A stretch of 35,026 nucleotides of DNA, from assembly GCA_041745855.1 (NCBI GenBank), contig JBGTIE010000737.1, forward strand, positions 1 through 35,026. Direction: 5' to 3'. The notes under the pieces are model-generated. The model did no database searches and had not been told where the DNA came from. It saw nothing but the letters and a program-made list of their open reading frames with translations. The DNA comes from Lysobacterales bacterium (GTDB lineage Bacteria > Pseudomonadota > Gammaproteobacteria > Xanthomonadales > SZUA-5). The position numbers and the translations under genes are program-made. Each line of letters starts with the position of its first letter. Position 1 is the first letter of the stretch. Shown here in pieces: positions 7,298 through 15,325 of this stretch.

Positions 7298-8311
7298 ATG
7301 GACTGGTTCGAGCAGATCACCGGCTTCGCCGAAGCCGACTACAACAGCACCCGCGCCAGGCTGCGGGCTGATGGACAATCGCTGAGTTCCATCACCAACG
7401 GCAATCGCTTCGGCATGGGTGTACTGGAGATCCCGACCCTGGCTGAGCTGCGAGCGCGCGCCGCACCCCACCTCGATCAGGGCACGCGCAGTACGGTCCG
7501 GAACAAAGTCGGCAACGTCCGCGACATGCACGCCCAGCCCGCGATGGCCGGCGCGCTGTTCCAGGTCGCCTCGCAGTTCAACCTGCTCGAGATGATCCGC
7601 CCGGAGGTCAGCCCCGAACAAGGCGTGACCGGCTATCAACACGACCGCACCCAGGGCCCAGCCTGCGCGATGGCCGCCGGCGCGGCAACGATCTACCGCA
7701 ACTATCTGGTCCCCGTCGATGGCGCCAACGGCCAGACCCACAACCGCCAGATCAACACCCTGACCGCGCTCGGCATCCATCTGGCCCATCTGATCGGCTG
7801 CCCGCCCGAGCAGTTGTGGACAATGCGTAATGGCTATGCCCTGGCGACCGATAGCGGTCTGGACTCGATCGCGAGCTGCCTGCGCGCCGCAAGCGAGGAA
7901 CAACTGCAGGAAATGCGTGGACTGCTGCAAATCGGCTGGCACCGTGGCGTGGAAGTGACCGATGTTGCCGACCCACCGCGACCGAACGTGTCGCAAGCCT
8001 TCTGCTCCGCCCTGCCGGTGGCCTATTCCCACCTCGGCCGCTCACGCTGGGAAGCCTTTGCCCGGCTGGTATTGGAAGCAGCCTACGAAGCCACCCTGCT
8101 CGCCACCTGCATCGAAGCCGGCGACGGAGGCTCCCACCGCGTCCTCCTGACCCGCCTGGGCGGCGGTGCATTCGGCAACGACGACCAATGGATCGACGAC
8201 GCCATCGAACGCGCCCTGCAGACCGTCGAACACGCCGGCCTGGACGTCCTGCTGGTTCACTTCAGAGACGTGCCGGAGAGCATGCGAGAACTGGAGATGC
8301 GGTGGGGTTGA
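7298..8311 (+). CDS. Conserved-looking hypothetical protein, possible macro-like (ADP-ribose-processing) fold
   Basis: 337-aa ORF with balanced composition and GGAG 7 nt upstream. The FQVASQFNLLE...TQGPACAMAAGAATIYRNY and LTRLGGGAFGND blocks loosely recall macro-domain N..N and G.G.FG motifs. The family assignment is tentative. Confidence 0.6.
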   Translation: MDWFEQITGFAEADYNSTRARLRADGQSLSSITNGNRFGMGVLEIPTLAELRARAAPHLDQGTRSTVRNKVGNVRDMHAQPAMAGALFQVASQFNLLEMIRPEVSPEQGVTGYQHDRTQGPACAMAAGAATIYRNYLVPVDGANGQTHNRQINTLTALGIHLAHLIGCPPEQLWTMRNGYALATDSGLDSIASCLRAASEEQLQEMRGLLQIGWHRGVEVTDVADPPRPNVSQAFCSALPVAYSHLGRSRWEAFARLVLEAAYEATLLATCIEAGDGGSHRVLLTRLGGGAFGNDDQWIDDAIERALQTVEHAGLDVLLVHFRDVPESMRELEMRWG

Positions 8312-8315
8312 AGTT

Positions 8316-8722
8316 CGAGCGGTAGCCTCCGCTCTTAATCTGGAGTGCGGTGGCTTGCCACCGCTCTGCCCTTGGCAGCTTGCTGCCGCCCTTGCTCTTA
8401 TATGGAGTGCGGTAGCTTGCTACCGCTCTGCTCTTGCGCAGCTTGCTGCCGCTCTTATATGGAGTGCGGTAGCTTGCTACCGCTCTGCCCTTGGCAGCTT
8501 GCTGCCGCCCTTGCTCTTGCCCCTCCTCTCCGCCACCCCAAAAAACCAAAGCCGCAAAATCACCACCCGACCCTCGGGCGCGCACCTCGCCCCGCAAAGA
8601 TCAACAGCCAAAGCGGCAGCAAGCTGCCAACAGCAGAGCGGTGGCAAGCCACCGCACTCCACATCAAGAGCGGCAAGCCACCGCACTCCACATGAAGAGC
8701 GGCAAGCCACCGCACTCCAAAA
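8316..8722. repeat. Composite REP cluster R4 (forward 8316-8520, spacer, three inverted REPs 8613-8722)
   Basis: Read directly. Same architecture and spacer as R3 and R5. Confidence 0.9.
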
Positions 8723-8738
8723 GAAGCGCCAGCCAGCT

Positions 8739-9012
8739 CTACTCACCCCTCCTCAAATACCCCAACACATACCCCTCCTGCGCCCGCGTCTCCACCGCCC
8801 CGGGCCTGACCGCCCGAATCTGCCGCAACGCATCCTCCGGATCATGTCCCAGCTCCACCGCCAGCAACGAAGCCACCGTGCCCGCCCGGCCCAAACCGCC
8901 CCGGCAATGCACCAACACCCGCCCTCCCTTGCGCAAACGATCAACCACAGCCGGTCCGTCCGTCAACCACGCCGCCTCAAGCTCCGCGCCCGGCGGCTGC
9001 ACATCGACGATT
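8739..9012 (-). pseudogene. Truncated duplicate of the phosphatase 3' part (catalytic loop retained, N-terminal about 100 aa missing)
   Basis: 8745-9013 aligns with 6706-6975 at roughly 93 % identity by eye. It encodes ...VDVQPPGAELEAAWLTDGPAVVDRLRKGGRVLVHCRGGLGRAGTVASLLAVELGH.... Homology stops at cgacgattg, where a REP array begins. Confidence 0.75.
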
Positions 9013-9352
9013 GAGCTCGCCGCTGCTCTTGATCTGGAGTGTGGTAGCTTGCTGCTGCTCTTAATCTGGAGTGCGGTGGCTTGCCACCGCTCTGCTCTTG
9101 GCAGCTTGCTGCCGCCCTCGCTCTCGCTCCTCCTCCCGACCATCCGAAAACACCAAAGCCAAGCCAACCTCCCCACACCCGCTCCATGGGCGCGGCGCCT
9201 GCTCGCGCAACTCGCCCCGCGAACATCAAGAGCCAAGAGCGGCAGCAAGCTGCACAACAGCAGAGCGGTGGCAAGCCACCGCACTCCATATCAAGAGCGG
9301 TGGCAAGCCACCGCACTCCATATCAGAGCGGGCAAGCCACCGCACTCCACAT
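9013..9352. repeat. Composite REP cluster R5 (forward 9013-9120, spacer, three inverted REPs 9236-9352)
   Basis: Read directly. Confidence 0.9.
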
Positions 9353-9538
9353 CAGACCCACCCACACACGCCCCCTGCGCTGCCCGACTCGCCCCGGCGA
9401 CAGCTTTCGTCGTCCTCGTCCGTAGCATTCACGCCAATTCGTTCTTCGTCCGAAAGCACTTCGGCCGGGAACAGTTTGCGCGATGCTCAGAATGAGCGGA
9501 CACGCAAACGTCCACTCTCACCAAAAAGGGGATGTCCG

Positions 9539-9892
9539 ATGCAAATCATCAGAAGCGCTCTCATCAACTTCATGATGTTCATGGAGTTCATTGTCTACCC
9601 ATTCATTACTCTCTGGGTTGTCGTGGCATTTGGAATTGAAATAGCCGAGCTTGGTTCTCCACTCCAACACACCTATATGGAATGGCTGATGATGGTGGCT
9701 CTCCTTTACGTCGCGGGATTCATCATATCATTTTCGGGTCTCGACGTAGACGCGCTCCGAGACGGCTTCAGTATTACAATACTCCTGTTCCTGTTGGGTA
9801 CCAATTTTATCCTGGCGCTATTTATCGCGATGGCATACATAACACTTGCCATACCCATCGTGGCGTTGATTGGGTTCAATACGCCTGACTGA
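9539..9892 (+). CDS. Small hydrophobic membrane protein (117 aa, about 3-4 predicted TM segments), low GC
   Basis: ATG 9539 is preceded by aaaaagggg. The sequence is MQIIRSALINFMMFMEFIVYPFITLWVVVAFGI...ILLFLLGTNFILALFIAMAYITLAIPIVALIG. The local GC drop contrasts sharply with the flanks. Confidence 0.6.
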   Translation: MQIIRSALINFMMFMEFIVYPFITLWVVVAFGIEIAELGSPLQHTYMEWLMMVALLYVAGFIISFSGLDVDALRDGFSITILLFLLGTNFILALFIAMAYITLAIPIVALIGFNTPD

Positions 9893-9956
9893 TTTAAGAA
9901 TTCCAGGATCGGCTGAATGACTTGCGCAGGCTTTCGCGAGCGCTGAAAACCGCAGC

Positions 9957-11714
9957 CTACGCCTGCAATCGCCGACGCAAGCCTCCGGCGCGCAAGTTCA
10001 GCTGGGCCAGTGCGGCGCCCAGGCTTTCGGGCGTGCTCCAGATCTCCACGCTACGCTTGGCACGTGAGATGGCCGTGTAGATCATCTGACGCGAAAGAAT
10101 CCGGTTGCTCGGGTCCGGGGGCAGCAGCACGGCGACATGGTCGTACTCGGAGCCCTGACTCTTGTGTACGGTCAGGGCGTACGCCAGGTCGTGCTCCGGC
10201 AACTCACGCGGGGAAAGTCGACGAGCATGGATACGACCATCGGCGTCTACCGACTCAAAGTACACCTGCAAGTCGCTCCCCGAGCCGCAAGTCAGGCCGA
10301 CATCGCCGTTGAACAAGCGGCGGCTGTAGTCGTTGTTGCGGATCAGCACCGGCCGGCCCGGGTACCAGGTGGCGCCACCGGCGGCCACCCGCATCCGGTT
10401 GTCGATCAGTGGATTGATCATGTCGGCACCAAATGGACCGGCGCGCAGGGCCGTCAACAGCTGCAGCGCACGCAAGGCCTGCATGGCTGCGGGAAAGTCG
10501 ATTGCGCCCGATCTGCCGGCCGATTCCTGTAGCGCAAGCCACTCCGGTCGGCTCAGCCAGTGCTCGAGTCGTGCCTGCAGGGCGCGACCGTTGGCTACGT
10601 CGTGACGCGCGCTGTCAGGTACCCGCTGCAACCGTTCGGCGAGTCCTTCAGCGCTACCCTGCCGCGCTGCTTCATACACTTGCGCCAGGTCCTGATCGGC
10701 ACGCCACACGTGGCTGAGGCGAGCCGCACAGCGTCCGATGCCGTCCGGGTCGCACTCGGTCACGTGAACGATATCGGCCAGTACGGATCCAGCGGACACC
10801 GAGACGAGTTGATCCGGATCGCCAACAAGAATCAGGCACGCGTCGGGCGCCAGCGCATCCAGCAAGGCGCGCATCAAGGCCAGATCAACCATCGAAGCCT
10901 CGTCGACAACGACGATATCGAAGGGGAGTGGGCTATTCACATCGTGATTGAAGGCGTCAGCCGCCGGGTTCGCGCCGAGCAGTCGATGCAGCGTCTGGGC
11001 AGCTTCCGGGATGCAGCTCAGTGCGTTGCGCCAACCGTCGACATCGGCCTCGGTTCTGCTGTCGAGGAACTCTGCCAGCCAGGACTTGCCATCGCGCAAT
11101 GCCTGCGACAGTCGCTGTGCCGCCTTGCCGGTCGGGGCGGCCAGCGCCATTGAAGGAAGGGTCCGCCCGCGCGCCGCGGCAACCCGCTGCAGCATCAACA
11201 GGATGCGCAGAACAGTAGTTGTCTTGCCCGTGCCCGGCCCGCCGCTCAGTACAAATATGCGTTTACCCACAGATCGTTCAACCGCCAGCCGTTGACCCGC
11301 ACAGTGCTCGGCATCCATGCCGGCGAACAGCAGGTTCAGATCCGCAACCAGCGAAGCTGGATCCACCTCGATCGACGCATCCAGGCGAGCGCGCAGTGCA
11401 TTCGCCACGCGCTCCTCGTGGCGCCAGTTCCGCCACAGAAAAAAGTCCCGCTCCGGCGTCAGTACGCAGGCGTTGATCTGGCTGCCATCGCCAACCCATG
11501 AGTGTTCGGCGAGTTCCGCGATCGCCGCCGGGTCCCACGGATCGCGTCCATCGGCTGCCAGACGCACACAGGCATGGCCATCGCGCTCGGCGCGGGTTGC
11601 CTGCGCCAAAGCACGCGCCAGAACGGCAGAGCCGGTCTTGCGCAGCGCCCATGCGTACAACGCGTCTGCCAACTCCGGCGCGGAGGTTTGCGCCGCGCGG
11701 ATTGCATTGCTCAT
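9957..11714 (-). CDS. recD: Exodeoxyribonuclease V alpha subunit RecD
   Basis: SF1 helicase motifs: Walker A SGGPGTGKTTTV, VVVDEASMVD, LVGDPDQL and TVHKSQGSE. The start overlaps the recB stop (ATGA at 11711-11714). Confidence 0.95.
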   Translation of the reverse strand: MSNAIRAAQTSAPELADALYAWALRKTGSAVLARALAQATRAERDGHACVRLAADGRDPWDPAAIAELAEHSWVGDGSQINACVLTPERDFFLWRNWRHEERVANALRARLDASIEVDPASLVADLNLLFAGMDAEHCAGQRLAVERSVGKRIFVLSGGPGTGKTTTVLRILLMLQRVAAARGRTLPSMALAAPTGKAAQRLSQALRDGKSWLAEFLDSRTEADVDGWRNALSCIPEAAQTLHRLLGANPAADAFNHDVNSPLPFDIVVVDEASMVDLALMRALLDALAPDACLILVGDPDQLVSVSAGSVLADIVHVTECDPDGIGRCAARLSHVWRADQDLAQVYEAARQGSAEGLAERLQRVPDSARHDVANGRALQARLEHWLSRPEWLALQESAGRSGAIDFPAAMQALRALQLLTALRAGPFGADMINPLIDNRMRVAAGGATWYPGRPVLIRNNDYSRRLFNGDVGLTCGSGSDLQVYFESVDADGRIHARRLSPRELPEHDLAYALTVHKSQGSEYDHVAVLLPPDPSNRILSRQMIYTAISRAKRSVEIWSTPESLGAALAQLNLRAGGLRRRLQA

Positions 11715-14700
11715 GCAAGCACCTCCGCCGTTTCAAACATCCGGTCCATTTCCTCGATCAACTCGGTACTGAAACGGCGCCGCCAGATACCCGCGCCTGC
11801 ACTCAGGCCGACTGCGCGCACGAACACGTACCAGCAATCGCCCAGATCACGCGCCGGCGCATAGTCGTCCAATCGGCGCCCCAGATAGCGGTGCAGGGCG
11901 ACGCTGTAGAGCAGGGCCTGCAGCCCGTAGTGATGCGTCTGCATGGCATCTTCCAGGCGCTGCTGCCCATAGTCCGAAAGCGAAACACCCAGGAAATTCG
12001 TCTTGTAGTCGAGTACGTGATAGCGCCCGTCCCAGGCGAAGACCAGATCCACAAAGCCCTTCATCAGACCATTGAGCACCACCGGTCCGCCGCTTGCTGG
12101 CCACCAGGAGCTCAATCCGTGCTTGGCGAGAATCCGGGGCAGTCGATCCCAACGGGCCCCTTCAAGGCTGAACGCAAACTCGAACTCGGCCCGCTGGTCC
12201 TGCACACTCAGGTGTGCCAGGCGCAAGCCAGGCGCGAGCTGGGTCTGTACCGTACGATCGAGTAGCGTCGCAATCTCTGTCAGCAGTGAACTGGACACGT
12301 CGTCCGGCAACCGGACCGCATGATCTTCAAGTGCAGCGGCGATTCGATCAGTTTGTAATGCGAAATCCATCTCGCCCCGACCGCTCTCAAGCAGGTCGTG
12401 GACGGCGTTGCCAAACCGCGGACCCTTGATCTGTTGCAGTGCGACCAGGGCCGGATGGGGCACGTCGTCCAGGTCCATCACCGGGGATTGCTCGAATGCG
12501 GGCTCGTCTTCGGCTGCACGCAGACTGTCCGTGGCGGTAGGGAGATGCCTGACCAGACTGCTGAAGCTGTACAGACCGTAGTACGGACGAACATCGGGCA
12601 GCGGTGCCCTGGATGTGCGCGCGGGCGGACGGTCGGCATGCTCCCGGTAGCGGGACTCGGCCGCATTCTCCCGATTGATCGCCAGGCCCGGGATGGCAGT
12701 AGCCAGGGCCTCCCAGCTGCCGCGCTGGTGCAAAGCCGCTCCCAACAACACCTCGAGCGCGCCGCGCTCATGATCGGTACTGTCCTCGCTGGGCGACAGA
12801 TCATCGAAGGCATACAGATGCGTCGCCCGTACCGCCCGGGTCACCGCAACATAGAGTTGGCGCATTCTTTCCTGCAGGCCCTCGCGCTGCTCCTGCAGCT
12901 TGTGCGCATCGAAGTCTGCCGAGCCCAGGTCCAGGCAGCGCCGGTTTTCGCTGTCATGGAAGCGCGCAATCGACTTGCGCGCGTCATGCACCGGTGGTTT
13001 CCGGTAGCGCCAGGCCATCGGTACGAACACAACCGGAAATTCCAGCCCCTTGCTGGCATGGATGGTCAACAGTTGCACACGTTGTGCCTCACTCTCGATC
13101 CGCAGTTGCATCTCACGGCCGGCCTCGTGCGCGTCGGCACCATCGCGGCGCAGCTGAATCAGGCGGGCATAGAGTTCGTGGCCACCGAAGCATTCGGCCG
13201 CATGTTCCTGCAGCACCTCGCCGATATGGCGCAAGTCGGTCAGCGCGCGCTCGCCGTCCGGCGCAGACAGCAGTCGCGGCGCCTGTTCCAGCACGATGGC
13301 TTCGATCGCGGCGAGTATGCCTCGGCTGTCCCACAGCGCTCGCCACGCGGCGAATCGCTCCAGTTGACGCTCCCAGCGCGACTCCTCCGCCGCCATCAGG
13401 CTCAGTTCGGCTGCTGTCATGCCCAACAGACGGGTCGCCAGCGCGCCCCGCAAGGCATAGCTGTCATTCGGATGGATCAGTGCGTGCAGCAAGAGTTGCA
13501 GATCGTCGGCCCATTCGGTGTTGAGCACATCGGCCTTGCCCGCGCCCACCACCGGTACGCCCCTGGCGATCAGTTGTGCGCGCAACTTGCGGATCTGCGC
13601 GTTGGTGTCGAGCAGTACTGCGATCTGCCCTGGCGCGATGCGCTCTGCCTTGTCCTGCGCGCCTGCGCGATTGAGCAGCGTGGCGATGTCGTTGGCGCAG
13701 GCGGTCAGGACCTGCTCGTCTCGGTCGCCCTTGTTGTTTGCTTCGGTTTGCAGCAGGCGCAACTGCAGCGGCGGATTGCCGTTCGTCCATTTATCCGGTT
13801 CGCCGGGCTGAACTTCAACATACTTGATGCCGCTGGCAGCGAAAGCCGTGGCGCTGGCCAGCGCGTACAGCCTGTTGAGCGCGGTCAGCAGCTCCGGATG
13901 GGACCGGTAGTTGTGCCGTATCGACAGGATTCTGTCCTCCGGCAGCGCATTGCAAACGCCCAGATAGGTGTGAATGTCGCCGCCGCGAAAGGCGTAGATC
14001 GACTGCTTCGGATCACCGATCAGAATCAAGCTGCGTGCGCTGGTCCAGGCGCCAGCATCTTTGCCTGGCCCGGATGTTTCATGAACGTTCGTCGCAGTAG
14101 AAGGATCATGAAACATCCGGGCTAGATGGATGCGCCGGAAAATCTCCCACTGTCGACCATCGGTGTCTTGAAACTCGTCGATCAGCGCTGCCGGCCAGAC
14201 GTCGGCCAGGTGTCTGGCGAGCGCCTCGCCCTGGGCGCCATGCAGACGCTCGTGTACGGTCTCGATCAGGCGGCTAAAGGTGGTCTCGCGACGCTGTTCC
14301 AGCCGCCGTGGCAGCTCGGCTGCAACAAAGCGAACGGCGTCGGCGCTGAGCAGGGCCAGATTGAGGTCTTGCTGATGGCGCTGGGCCTTGACCCACCGCT
14401 GCAGCGCCTGGATCAGCGGGTGACTCGCCAATGCCCCCGGCCGGTCATTACTCGTCTGGTCCTCAAGCTTGTTGGCAGCCAGGTACTCGGTGAGCTTTTC
14501 CATACCCTCGAAAGCTTCCGTGATCGTCGCGCCCTCGCCGGAGTTGCGCTCAACATATGCGGCGAAAGTTTCCAGAAGACTGCGCAGCGTGCGCGCCTTC
14601 ATGTTGAATAGCGCGGTATCGGCCAACAGTGCCCGCAACGCGGTCGGACCGTGCGGTGCGCGCAAGGGCTGCGGTATGTCGAAGCAGTTGCTCGCGGGTT

Positions 14701-15325
14701 GCAGCACCCTTGCGTCTGGCATCGCCAGCACCGCCTCGACCAGGGCGGTCAACTTCTGCAGGTCGGACTTTTCGCCTGCGATCACCGGCAGATCATCGGC
14801 GGAACTGCCTAGAAAACGCAGGCGCCAGTAGTCCTGCACGCACTCGCGCACCAGCGCCGGCTCGTCGACAATCTCGCCGAGCACGAAGGGTGCGCCAGAA
14901 TTGAACGGGAAGTCGGTCAGCACGCGCCGACAGAAGCCGTGAATGGTCGAGATCGGTGCCAGATCGATATCGGCCAGTGCCGTTCGCAGCCGAACCAGCA
15001 GACGTTCGCGCCCCTCGGTGCGTGCGTGCCGGTCCAGAAAGTCCGTCAGCTGGATATCCGGCAGCGTGCTCGCCGTGTCGCCAACTCGGGTTAGGTACGT
15101 CTCGGCGCTGAGCAAGCGCAGACGAATTCGCGCCTTCAGTTCCTGCGCCGCCGCCTCGGTGAAGGTGGTCACCAGAATCTGCCGCACCGCCAGACCGCGC
15201 TCGATCAGCAAACGCAGGTAGAGCAGGGCGATGTTGTAGGTCTTGCCCGTACCGGCACTGGCTTCGATCAACGTCGCGCCGGCCAGATCCATGCTGCGCC
15301 AGTCCAGTTCGGCCGGCTTGCTCAT
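11711..15325 (-). CDS. recB: Exodeoxyribonuclease V beta subunit RecB (helicase-nuclease)
   Basis: UvrD-type motifs (ASAGTGKTYNIA, IDEFQDTD), 1204 aa. C-terminal RecB nuclease motif GFVDLVF...YHVLDYKTN. ATGA overlap with recC at 15322-15325. Confidence 0.95.
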   Translation of the reverse strand: MSKPAELDWRSMDLAGATLIEASAGTGKTYNIALLYLRLLIERGLAVRQILVTTFTEAAAQELKARIRLRLLSAETYLTRVGDTASTLPDIQLTDFLDRHARTEGRERLLVRLRTALADIDLAPISTIHGFCRRVLTDFPFNSGAPFVLGEIVDEPALVRECVQDYWRLRFLGSSADDLPVIAGEKSDLQKLTALVEAVLAMPDARVLQPASNCFDIPQPLRAPHGPTALRALLADTALFNMKARTLRSLLETFAAYVERNSGEGATITEAFEGMEKLTEYLAANKLEDQTSNDRPGALASHPLIQALQRWVKAQRHQQDLNLALLSADAVRFVAAELPRRLEQRRETTFSRLIETVHERLHGAQGEALARHLADVWPAALIDEFQDTDGRQWEIFRRIHLARMFHDPSTATNVHETSGPGKDAGAWTSARSLILIGDPKQSIYAFRGGDIHTYLGVCNALPEDRILSIRHNYRSHPELLTALNRLYALASATAFAASGIKYVEVQPGEPDKWTNGNPPLQLRLLQTEANNKGDRDEQVLTACANDIATLLNRAGAQDKAERIAPGQIAVLLDTNAQIRKLRAQLIARGVPVVGAGKADVLNTEWADDLQLLLHALIHPNDSYALRGALATRLLGMTAAELSLMAAEESRWERQLERFAAWRALWDSRGILAAIEAIVLEQAPRLLSAPDGERALTDLRHIGEVLQEHAAECFGGHELYARLIQLRRDGADAHEAGREMQLRIESEAQRVQLLTIHASKGLEFPVVFVPMAWRYRKPPVHDARKSIARFHDSENRRCLDLGSADFDAHKLQEQREGLQERMRQLYVAVTRAVRATHLYAFDDLSPSEDSTDHERGALEVLLGAALHQRGSWEALATAIPGLAINRENAAESRYREHADRPPARTSRAPLPDVRPYYGLYSFSSLVRHLPTATDSLRAAEDEPAFEQSPVMDLDDVPHPALVALQQIKGPRFGNAVHDLLESGRGEMDFALQTDRIAAALEDHAVRLPDDVSSSLLTEIATLLDRTVQTQLAPGLRLAHLSVQDQRAEFEFAFSLEGARWDRLPRILAKHGLSSWWPASGGPVVLNGLMKGFVDLVFAWDGRYHVLDYKTNFLGVSLSDYGQQRLEDAMQTHHYGLQALLYSVALHRYLGRRLDDYAPARDLGDCWYVFVRAVGLSAGAGIWRRRFSTELIEEMDRMFETAEVLA

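Noticed and set aside
7049-8032. 327-aa minus-strand ORF opposite the 7298-8311 gene
   Set aside because: Its composition is G/A/R-rich low-complexity, typical of antisense frames in high-GC DNA. The plus-strand protein has balanced composition, an RBS and conserved-looking blocks.
5183-9495. Many listed ORFs running through REP clusters (e.g. 5424-5672, 6253-6681, 6408-6773, 8166-9014, 8491-9495, 9071-9892 upstream part; likewise 34542-35018)
   Set aside because: Their sequences are reiterations of REP translations (WQATALHIKS, SGGKPPHS, LLPLCSWQLAAA) in several frames and on both strands. This is a repeat artefact, not coding sequence.
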